From contig JAUCBJ010008494.1 of the NCBI GenBank assembly GCA_032718475.1, positions 1 through 64,000 on the forward strand: a stretch of DNA of 64,000 bases, given 5' to 3'. The position numbers and the translations under genes are program-made. Source of the DNA: Nemertoderma westbladi. Lineage: Eukaryota > Animalia > Xenacoelomorpha. Shown here in pieces: positions 1 to 10,800 of the stretch (position 1 is its first letter; the number at the start of each line of letters is the position of its first letter). The notes under the pieces are model-generated. The model was given only the letters and a program-made list of their open reading frames with translations. It had not been told where the DNA came from and made no database searches.

Positions 1-813
1 GAAGCTTTTACACCATTAAAGATTCCCACAGTCACGCCTATTGGATTTGAAGTCGCTGAAGTCAATGCAACGGATGAAGATATCAGTAATGCCGGTACAT
101 TTAGTTTTATGGGTTTAAATAAATACAGTGAATTGTTCGTTGTTTCTAAGGATGGAAAGGTCTACATAAGAAGTACAGAAAAGCTGACGTCATTGGCAAC
201 AATATCTACTCTACAAGATCTTATATTGCAACTTATTATAAAAGATGAAGGCGAACCTTCACTAAGCACTTATCACAATGTAACGTTCACTATCGTTGAT
301 TCTGATATTGTTCCGATAGGAAATATAATTTCTGAAGAAAAATTAGCACTTATTGTAGGAGAAGGGAATTGGGAGAATCCAGAGGTTGTTGATATTCAAG
401 AACATCCAGATACAATACCCAAATGGCTCTTTATAACAATGATTGTCGCTTGTGTTATCTTTGTCATCGCAGTTACAGTTTGTATAATTTATGGGAGTAA
501 ATTACGAGCGCTGATCCACGATCATCGCTTTCATATTTTTCCTCTACATGATCTCCATCAGAAATCCAAGAAGCAGTATAAAGATGCAACTAGTGATGAA
601 ACAATGTTTACGGCACAAGAGGAAGTTGATGAATCTCGCACTGTTGTTGATCTCGAGGTCCCACGTATAACCCCTGAGGTTCCCCGTCTAACCCCCAAAC
701 CGTATCTACCAGCTTTGCCTGCTTCCTCCCGCAGCCCGCGCTCCCGTGGGGATCCTTCTCCCCGCCAAGGTGGTGACCGTTCTCCACGCGGTGCAACTTC
801 TTCGAAGAAATAG
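1..813 (+). CDS. 3' part of a cadherin/protocadherin-like transmembrane protein (last EC repeat, TM helix, cytoplasmic tail); open at the window's 5' edge
   Basis: Frame is open from base 1 (EAFTPLKIPTVTPIGFEVAEVNATDEDISNAG...) into ORF 109-813. Cadherin motifs ATDED..N and KDEGEPSLST...VTFTIVD, a hydrophobic TM (WLFITMIVACVIFVIAVTVCIIYG) and a basic SPR-rich tail. Confidence 0.85.
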   Translation, partial: EAFTPLKIPTVTPIGFEVAEVNATDEDISNAGTFSFMGLNKYSELFVVSKDGKVYIRSTEKLTSLATISTLQDLILQLIIKDEGEPSLSTYHNVTFTIVDSDIVPIGNIISEEKLALIVGEGNWENPEVVDIQEHPDTIPKWLFITMIVACVIFVIAVTVCIIYGSKLRALIHDHRFHIFPLHDLHQKSKKQYKDATSDETMFTAQEEVDESRTVVDLEVPRITPEVPRLTPKPYLPALPASSRSPRSRGDPSPRQGGDRSPRGATSSKK

Positions 814-2085
814 AACTGAATTGCAGAAGAAATTATTCCGGATTACTAAACAAATGTGTTTAGCTGCATTTGTAATTATATCATTGCTATGTAACATATG
901 CAATTTTTAACAAGCTAAAGTAAAAATACACAGTTAATTTTCCAAGTAGGCCTACATTACGTAACACTCAACTTGCAAAAGCAAATTAAATTAATATCTG
1001 AATCATATTATTGGAATTATATTTTCTACTGTATACAAGACAATTATACTTATAGTATTAATGCACTAAAAATAATAATTATTTATTTAGAAAATGCAGT
1101 ACAGTATGCACCAGGCAATACCCACCACCAACTAACAGACGACATGTATTAAATGACCAAGTAGAAAAGGGCGGGAAATTTAAATCTAGCAGTAACATAG
1201 GCCCTAGTGTTACAATGAGGGAAATTTGAAACTACTTCTAACACATGTCCATATGAGAAGCCCTTAAAAACTTGAATTACTATTACCTGATTGGTTTTAA
1301 ACAGGGTACCTAGCAACACCAACCAACAACAGCTGGATAAATTAGCAATTGCCCTTCAAACAACGAGAGGCTCTATTTCGGAAGCCCTTAAAACAACTAG
1401 AAGAGGCACTATCCGGTAACGCAGGACCAGTCTACCTACCATACCAACCTCGAGTCTGTCTGTCGGTCTGCCTATCGGTTGGTCGGTCGGTCCGTCTAAT
1501 CTTTGAATGCTATAGTATAGTAACTAAGCAAATCTTTGATGAAATTATAGCAAACGTGGTATACAAGTATTATGTCAAAAGTTTGGAAAGTTTTCTGAAT
1601 TTTGGCGTCGTGCATTTAAATGGTCCTCCGCTAGGAGTAGTAGGAGTCACTAAATATCACTTTGTCTAGGCTTAATAACTTTTGAAGCACTTCATAGATT
1701 TTGAATCAAATCGTAACTCGACATGAGATCTCCTGAGTGACGTACGGGAAGACGTAGGGGATGGAATGTAATCTCTGTCGTACGCTCGTCCCGGGTAGAA
1801 ACGATGCATGGATTCGCAAATGCAGATCGACGGAAGCTTCCCATGACCGTATATATCTCAACTCGGCCTACTCGTACTCACTTTCGATGTCAAATTGTCT
1901 CTCAAGTGCATCACTGGGTGTGTAGCGATACATTGAGAAGACTATATATTCAGTTTGTTAAAGGGAATTTGAACAGAATGTGCTGTTATATATGGACGGA
2001 CATCTCTTTACTATACGTGATATTTTAGGCCTTGGGTATTCAGAGTAGGGACTGTTATAATGTCAGTATGAAGAGGCAAGTCGCT

Positions 2086-5000
2086 TACTACTAGGATCGG
2101 CATGCTGCATTGCAGCTGCATTTTTAGGAATGCTGTGCCGGCTTGTCAACAAAATTGCACCGCCACAACTCCCTATCACCCATGACATTTGCTAGATCAT
2201 CCGCATCTTTAAGGCCAGTGTCCTTTAAGATGTGTCTCAAGAAAGTCATGGGCTGTCCACCATGCTTATTCACTCAATGAGGCTGCCAAAGTACAAGATT
2301 ATGCACTGGCTGGTCCTCACGGCGAAAGCAATGTCCTGCAAAGCGGAGGCGATTTTGTTCTAGTGTCAAGCTTGGGGGAACCAATGAGACACCTCCAATG
2401 TTATATAATGTCTGGTTGGAGATGTGTGCATTGTACTTGACACAATGAACCCGGCATAGCATTCTTGTGAATGTGCCATCCAGAGATTTGGTGTCCTCAG
2501 CAGTTAGAGCCCAGCGGACTCCCGTAGAGGAGTACTGGAACTACTGCTGCTCTAAATAATCGGACCTTAAGTTTCCGATTAATTCTCGGTGACTTCCAAA
2601 TCCTGGAAAGCCTATTCAAGGCTGCCCATGCCTTTCCCTTACGTATTCGAAGGTCCTCACCTGACTTCCGGATCCATGATCCCAGGTAACAGAAGTCGTC
2701 CACATGCTCAAGCATACCATCCTTTGAGCTTATGCTCATCCGATCAGAGACTTGCTGAGGACTTTCAAAGTTAACTGTCAGAATTTTGGTCTTTCTGGAG
2801 TTAATAAAAAGACCAACACTAGAAGCAGCATGTTCTAATGAGCTGAGGAGCCGTTGGGCTCCCTCTAATGATTCTGAGAGTACTCCTAAGTCATCAGCAA
2901 AGTCTAGATCAGTTAGGTACTTGGCAGGAATTCCTCGACTTCTGGAGCCAGTAGGTGGAGTTATCATCACCCCATCATCATTATGATGATCTAAGGACAT
3001 GCGTAGAACATAGTCAACCACAATAATGAACAAGAATGGTGCAAGTGTGTCTCCTTGGAGGACGCCCCATAACACTTCAAATGGTTCTGTGTCACCGTCA
3101 ACAGTAGACACAAATGTTGTCGAACCATCGTATACTGATCTGATTGCTGCAATAATTTCATCAGGAATCCCATATAATGAAAGTATGCTGAACATACGTG
3201 AGCGAGAGACTGAATCAAAGGCCTTGAAGAAGTCAACAAAGATAACAGCCAGATGCGATGCCAGATGCCAGATTTTTTGATAATTCTTCAATTATCCTTC
3301 TAAGTGCCAAAATGGGCTCCATGGTCCCACGACCTTTACGGAACCCATTCTGATTTCCACGGAGCAGTCTCTCAATGGGATCCCTGATGCGATTTAATAG
3401 AATTCTATTGTATAGCTTTGCAGCAATCGAGATCAATGAGATTCCCCGAAAAGAACCATAGAGTGTTAGGTTGCCCTTCTTGGGAACTGGCACCAACTTA
3501 TTTGTTTTCATTTCTTGTGGGACTCTTGTTGTTCGATACATGTCTACTATGATGGGATAGATGAGCTTTAAACACTCAGGTATTTTAAAGACCTCAGGGG
3601 GAACACCATCTACTCCACTGGCACGATTGGTCTTAATGCTCTTTGCAGCAGCCTTCACTTCTGCAAAGGAGATATCGCCAATGGGAATATCTGGGAGTAC
3701 AGACTCAGACACTTTTACTTCTATAAAGTTATCTGGCAATACCCTGTCATTATTGAGGAGCTTTTCAAAGAGGGCTTTCCAACCATTGAGGCGATCGGCT
3801 GGTGATTCAGCCTTAACCTTGGTGGTTGGTTGGCTTTTCCGCCCAGTAAGCATATTGATCGATTTCCATGCCTGGGATGATTGCCTGCTGTCGTCAGCAT
3901 CATTGATGGCATCAACCTGTTGGTTTATTAGCTCCTGTAGATTAACAGAGTACTGCCTGTTCAGGGACCTAGATGCAGCCTTAACTGCATTCTTGGCCGC
4001 TAAAGTCTGTTTGAGTCGGGACTCTTTCTGCGCCTTATGAAGGTCGTTTCGGCACTTTTGAATTTTGTTGTCAGTCCAGGGGGCCCTTTTCCTGTTTCGA
4101 GGGTATACAGGAACTGTTTCTGCAGCTGCTAACTTAACTGCTTCTGTAAAGGCAGTATAGCCCTCACAGTGATCTGCCGCCTCAGAAGCAAGAGCCTCAT
4201 ACCTGTTACTCAGCTGTAGTGTGAAGCTGGATCTCACACTTGGCTGTTGCAACAGAGAAGACCAGTCATGCCGCGGCAAGGCAGATTTCGTTGTTCTGCT
4301 AGCACGCAGACTGAGTCTTACCTTGGCCACAATAAGGCGGTGGTCACTGGAGAAGGGTCGAAGTGTAAATGCATTACAGTCTTGTATAGAGCTCCTGTAT
4401 TTCCTACGAAACAGAATATGGTCTATCTGGGACTTGTGACCACTGGGTCCACTATGAGTCCATAGCTTTCCAGTTCGCTTCTTGAACTGGGTTCCAGCCG
4501 AAAACAATCCATTTCCAGAGATAAAATCCTGAAGATGGACAGAATTTCGGTTAACACTATTGCTATAGACCCAGGGCGATGTAGGTGATTGATGCAGACT
4601 TGCATTAAAGTCCCCCAGGAATGTTAAGAATGCATGCTGATCCACTCCATCAGTAGCTGCTTGTAGATTGTGGTAGAAATTTTCCATCTCCTCTACAGGG
4701 GCAACACTAGTTGGAGAGTAGCACACAATCAGAACCACCTTAGGAAACTTCTTAGCCAGTCTTCCAGAACATGAGAAGTGGCAACGGATGATGCGGTTAG
4801 AGATTTGGTCTATTTTGTCCAATGCTGCATGTGCAGTTGGATTCATCAATAGACCAATTCCACCATTGCCACTATCATCTGCTGATGCGAGGGCGAGTCG
4901 CCAACCGCCCCCCATGTCCTTAATCACAACCTCATCAGTCTGTCCAGTCTGCATTCGGTGCTCTTGAACACCCAATGCGCTAAGAGAAAGCTTATCTGCC

Positions 5001-5805
5001 AAGGCAGTCAGCTCACCTTGTCGCATTGGGGACCCGAGTGTTAGGGTGTTTACTGAGGCTAGTCTAGTGACTTGCCTCAGATTCACCAATGGCTTTGTTG
5101 GTCGGGGTGGAACATGAGAGTAACCTCCAACTCCAGAATCCGTCTCCCCATCACAATCTGGCCTCCCTGGTGACCCAGGGTTTGGGCCAGAAAGGTCATC
5201 AGGAAAGGGACTCAAAGAATTGTTGGCTGCTCTCTCTCCAGTAGGGGGTGAGACAGGCAGCCGGTCAGGAGTTAACTGACGCCTGTGAGGCCGATTGTGT
5301 CCGGTAATTCCACTGGCCTCTAGTGGCCGGACCTCCGCATTGCTAATGCAATCCATAGTGGGGGTTGGGGGGTGCTTTTTTGCCGAGTCAGCTCTCAGGG
5401 CAAATACCACACCCTGGTTAGCCATTCCACAGGGTGGGTGTCGCAATGGAGTCAGATATGAGGCCCATCACCCATATCTACTCTGGCGCACATGACCCAC
5501 CATTGGCTGTTGCAGCTCATCTGCTGGGTCATGCCCTGTACCCTTGCTGCCAGGTGCACGTCGCAGTGAAGTGCTCTCAGAGTGGACATGAGAACACTCT
5601 ACTCCTGACCAGCCAGTGGTAGATCACCATCTGCCTGGTCAGGCCATATACCCCTGCAGCCAAGTATATGGGTCCTTAATCCAGGACCAAGGGCGTCCTT
5701 ATACCAGAACGAAGGGAGGGGGTCCTAGTTACAGGACCAGATTTGCCCTAGTAAGAGGGTCTATGCAGCTACAGGTGGCACCTCCTTTATGCTGCATGGA
5801 GGTGG
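2086..5805 (-). mobile_element. Near full-length RTE-clade non-LTR retrotransposon (APE + RT), inactivated by small lesions
   Basis: APE motifs (GVQEHR, YSPT, GDFNA, QIDHIL, SDH) in ORF 3233-5446. RT motifs (FVDFFKAFDSV, GVLQGDTLAP, FADD, YLGS) in 2497-3291. RTE-type C-terminus RLRFAGH, short 3'UTR and (TAG)n tail at 2086. The 5' end is approximate and no TSD was found. Confidence 0.9.
2126..5446 (-). pseudogene. RTE ORF (endonuclease-reverse transcriptase) with frameshifts near 3260-3280 and 2516 and a premature stop at 2274
   Basis: Comparison with sister copies at 26405-26969, 39927-41074 and 55998-56633 shows the intact reading (KKKDRHLAVIF; GSPCWAL; PHGVNK). Confidence 0.85.
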
Positions 5806-6529
5806 CAAGTTTTCTTGATCAATGACCTAGAATACCTGACCTGAGCTAGACTTAACTGAGACATGAGGATCTGAACTTTGTATTCATTTACTCTACTAAC
5901 CAGTGTAGTAACCTAAAGTATAGAAAGACCAAGGTAATAACAACAGATTGTCACAAGGACAATTAATTGTTATCAGTAGGCCTACTAGCAATGCAATGCA
6001 ATATTATTCGCAATAATATATATTCAAGATATCAAACAGGTCTATGTCTGACAGTAACACAGGGTACAACACAGGGCTAAGAAAAATGACATCTGTCATG
6101 TCCTTTAGGGACATGGATTATAAACTTTGACTGCAATATACTGTTTGATATAAACTGCTGACTTTGGGTAATTTTGTTAATGAATAACGTAAATGTGAAT
6201 ATTCTTAACAGGTTGGGGCTACAAAATAATATCATCCACTCCAATGCAATTGAACCAGAGCGGCTACTTAACCTACTAGCGCTTAATAATAATAATAATA
6301 ATAATTGAAGCAGAAGCTTGAAAATCCAATAATAAAGAGTTAATTGTATTTTATTTATTAATCAAGCACTTTAAGTAAAAACCTTACCGGTAGGTATGTC
6401 AGTGCCAAAGTATGTAAATAACTAAAAAGCAACAAGACCTATACGTTGCATGCAATCAGTGATCAGCTGACGGCAGCCAGCTGGTTGGTTGGTTTCGCCC
6501 CGCAACTGAAGGCATTCACAGGAGGCTAA

Positions 6530-7605
6530 GCCAGGAAATCTAGAGAGAGATTCCTAAAGGGGGGCGGAACAGGTAACGAAATGAAGATATGACGCGTTAT
6601 ATGAAGCAACAGGGCTTGATTGCTGTGCCATTCGACAAAGGGAACGGGTACTGCATTATTGGCCAGGCTATTGCCTTGCAAAGATACCACTCCTCCCAGG
6701 CTGTATGGCCTTGCTAAGGTACAAAGATCTAGTGTCCCATAACATCTATGCCAAGCAGCATTTACCATCCTGTCGCTGGGTTTCTCAGAGACATGCTGGA
6801 TGTGCTGCCTGAAGGCAAGATATCTACTAACAGTGCTGGGTCTGCCGATCGTCTCGCTGAACTAGAGGTAGAACCCACAGACCGCCTCTACTCCCTGGAC
6901 ATTGTGAGTTTATTCACTAATGTCCCACTGAGGGAGGCGGTATGATCTACTGATCTACTGTATGAGCGGCATCTGGACAGCCAGCCAATCAGAAAGGACC
7001 AATTTATTGGTCTTATGCTGTTAGCCACCAACGATGTCGTATTCCTAGATCACCATGGCAACTACGTCTGTTAGAAAGATGGTGTCGCTATGCATGGGGT
7101 CTCCAGTGGCCCCATTCTTGCCAACATATTTCTGTCACAGTTCGACGAGAGGATCGCTGCGGGCACCAAGCTCAGTGATAGGTACGTCGATGACGTATTT
7201 AGTGTTGGTAGTAACGACCCCACTGAGAAGTTGTGAGAGGTCAATGCCCTTCATCCAAATCTTAGGTTTACCCTTGAGATGGAGGAGGGGGGGGGGGGGG
7301 GGGGTGCTTATCCTTTCTTGATTTGGTTGTCACTCGGGTTGACTATGCTCTTTCAACAGCGTGGTACCACAAGGCTACAGATACTGGGCTCGTTCTCAAT
7401 GCCACTGCGTGTGCCTCTGAGTATCACAAACGCGGTGTAGTTCGTGGTATGTTTCATCGCATCTTTAATGCCAGTAAGGGTGGGGATGGTTCCCAACTCT
7501 ATACCGCTATTGGGGATGCTGAGAATATTCTTAGCAATAACCAATATACTGATACGATGGTCGAGCATGAGCTAGCCGTAGTTCAAGCCGTATGGAACGC
7601 AGAAA
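6530..7605 (+). pseudogene. Decayed Penelope-like element (PLE) reverse transcriptase
   Basis: PFDKG, PRLYGL.KV.K, SLDIVSLFTNVP, MGSP...LAN, RYVDD, LHPNLRFTLEME and WYHKATDTG...HKRGVV motifs spread across frames with stops. Cut at 7605 by the BEL insertion. Confidence 0.85.
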
Positions 7606-7825
7606 TGTGATGGGATTCGACGCAGTTGGCAGTATCAGATCCCGACTGGTGTGTGTATTATATGCGTCGCCACGTCCGTAGGCTGTTAAAGTTGTTCTGG
7701 TATGTAGTAGGTCGAAGGCCGTTCAAAATAACTGAGTTTTGTTGTCAGTGTTTATATTCATAGTAATCAATAATAGCACAGTCTGAATATAATAGTATGG
7801 TAGTGACGATGGTTAAAACTGTTCT
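7606..7825 (-). repeat. Truncated 3' LTR of BEL element 1
   Basis: Starts TGTGA on +, aligns to 13626-13842, then abuts RT coding sequence. Confidence 0.85.
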
Positions 7826-10800
7826 GGTCATCTGGTTTGTCTATCATCGTCTCTGGTTGTTTATCTTCTATGGCCTCCATAAATTCTTCGGAGTTGGACT
7901 GGAATTTTGTGAGGTTGAACCCCGATCCTTTTAGGATGTCGCGAACTTCGCGCCCTACGTCGAGTATTTCTTCAACCGTGTTTCCAGATCCCATCCCATC
8001 GTCCACATAGAATCCGCGTCGAATCATGTCGATCGCCTACTCACTGTATTCCCCCTCTTTGCCCTCCACCGTGTCTCTTACAGCTGTAGTCGTAGTAAAC
8101 GAGGACGACATGGCCCCCATGTTCTGCACTACAATCTTGTACATCGGTATGTCCAACGGTTCCTCATTGCCATTGTACCACAGAAAGCGCTGACTATCGC
8201 TGTCCTCCTCCATCACTCACACTTGATTAAACATGCCCTCTATATCGCCCGTGAAGGCGTGTTTTCCATTTCTAAATCTTAACAGGACCTCTATCCCCGA
8301 GTTGTAGATTTTGGGGCCTTCCAGCAGGTAGTCATTCAGGCTCTTGCCATTAGTCTTGGCAGACGCATCGACCACCATTCTTAGCTTGCCCTTCTTAGGG
8401 TCCAGAGTCACATGGAGTGGCAAATAGTAGGTCCTATCGGTATTTGGTTCATCGACCGGTAGTTCCACAGCCCATCCTCTATCCACATGCTTCTTAATTG
8501 TTTCGTGGATGTATTCATCCTTTTCGGGGCTCAGTTTAAGCCTTTGCTTTAATTTTCGAAGCCTCGTCAAGACAATCCTCTTATTGTCTGACAGTGGCAC
8601 CTTCGGTTGCTTCCATACCATACCTATGGTATATCGCCCCCCTTCACATTTCATTGATTTCCTGACGCTCTCCTGCGCCCGTTTTTCCTCTACCGAGGTT
8701 CCGACCCCGGTCTCCTTCAACCCCTCGAAGTCCTGCCGTATCTGCCTCTTGAGTTGTTCTTCTGCTCCCTCGCCCTCCATTTCCCTCATTGTCCCTGCGA
8801 ACATCCACCCTGAGGAATTGGACACGCTAAACGGGATTCTGGTCTTGATTGGGCCACTGAGCATCCATCCGAATGGCGTGAGAATCGCCACTGGGTCTCG
8901 CTCGTTATCCTCGCCGAAAATGGTCTGTAGTCTCTCGTGGGCTGTCGGACAATCCATGCCGTCAATGAAAGATACTTTTGGGACGTCCAGTTCGAGCGCG
9001 GAGAAATCGATGTTATCCAGGTACTGGTATTGCTCTACCTTGATCTTTGTGGGTTGCCTGGCGTTAATATTGATCGATTCTATTATCTGAATGGGTTCGA
9101 TGGTAGCCCCATAATCGCACCCTGGTCTTATCGCTGCTATTTCGCAGCATCCCGTTCTCATTCTCATGACCTCGACCTAACTGGAAATAGTGGTCACCAC
9201 CATTTTACTTGTTTTCGTCCATAACCCTATCTTTTCAGCCACCCACCATTCCACTAGCGTGAATGCTGCTCCGTTATCAACCAGCATTAGCGTAGTAACC
9301 GATAGCTCGATCTCCCCTATTATTCTCACTGGTACCACCCCAAGTAGTACCATTCCCGGCTTCTTTGCTCCCATGGTGCTTGTCGCCATTGTCTGGCCTT
9401 CAGTCCCATCAGTTGTATTTTACCGACAGTTCCTGGCACTCATCCTTCCTGTGTCCTCCTACCGCGCATCGATGACATAGTCCAATCTTACCCATGTAGG
9501 CTCTCCGATCTTGTTTGAGCAACGCCTGCCAGTGTTTTCAGTTGATGGTCTTATGTGTACTGAACCTATGCAATTGGCATTTGTATTCAGGGTTGTAGCA
9601 TTCCTTGTATAGCGGTTCACGTATTGCGCGTAGATTCATATCTAGCAGTTTAGTGTTTTGGATACTTGGACTCGGCCTGCTGGGGGTATTGGGTTTGTAT
9701 TTGTTTGTGTTGTTACTTTGCCTATGTCCCTGCCACGGTGTGGCTCTACTCCCAGCTCTCTGTGGACTAGAAGTCCCCACGTGGCCGCATACAGTAGTGC
9801 TGTATGCCGTCGGCTGTATTCGGTTTTTGGCGCCTTCCCTAGACTGTCCTCACTATAGACTAAATCTGTGATTAACTCTGCCTCGTAGTTAAGGAAGTTC
9901 GACATCTCCTCCAATCCTGGCTTCACAACTTTCTTTTCTCGAGTGGAGAAAGCGATCTTTCTCCATTTGTTTCTCAGCCAGATGGGTAGTGCCTGTGCTA
10001 TCGTGGTGATGTTGTTCGATGCATTGATTTCGTAAGGTGCATCTAGAGTCTTTAATACTATTAGCGCCTTTTCTACTTTGTTAGTGAAAGTCTTGATGCT
10101 CACAGGGTTGTCTGCGAGTCCACCTGATGTTATTCCCCTTAAGGTTTGTCAGATAATCTTCGCAGGATGGCCGAATTCCCTGTCCAGGGCTCGCCATGCA
10201 GTCATGAATCCTCCTTTAATACCTTGGTATTGCCTCACAATGTTGTAAGCTGGCCCCCCTGTATAGACTTTTAGATATTTAAGGCCTAAGATTTAGACCC
10301 CGCCTGCGTGAGATTCTTTGTCAAGATCTCATTGCTGTACATACGCCGGAATTGTAGATTTTCCTCCGGCTTACTACCATTGAAGTTGAAAGGCCCCACA
10401 GGTGGCAGCTCAATTCTAGTTTTTAGCACTTCGATGAGTGTTGCCATTCCCATCGCTTGAACTTCTAGCGCGCTCGACGGTAGAGATATACGCTCCTTTA
10501 GTGTTGGCTGCGGTTTGCCTATCGGGCCTGTTGACTTTCCCTTGGTGGGATATATCATCGGGGGTAGCGGTCCCCTCCATGAGTCCGTATCTCTGTATTG
10601 CACGATTTGTTTGGATCTGAGGGGGTTGGGACCCTTGTTTTTGGTTGTGTATATTGCGGATTCTGTAATGGGGGAATGTCACCCTGTCCCCCCCCCCCCA
10701 CTGATGTTATGTTTGGTACTGGGGTTGATGTTATTATGTTGGGGACCATATACCTATCTGCAATACCCCCCTCCCCTGGGTATATATTGTATCCCTGCAT

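Noticed and set aside
3561-4040. Antisense and overlapping ORFs over TE coding regions (e.g. 3561-4040, 8509-9090, 55516-55884, 55910-56251)
   Set aside because: Shadow frames of minus- or plus-strand ORFs with no motifs.
5735-5800. Canonical HDV-like ribozyme at the RTE 5' end
   Set aside because: A 7-bp helix and a P4-like stem exist, but P2, P3/L3 and P1.1 do not match the consensus.
6465-6530. Hammerhead ribozyme beside the Penelope-like element
   Set aside because: No correctly arranged CUGANGA...GAAA core on either strand.
6943-7240. In-frame TGA codons in the PLE as selenocysteine (Naiad-type)
   Set aside because: They come with frameshifts, do not sit at Cys motifs and are explicable by decay; the RT motifs are not Naiad-like.
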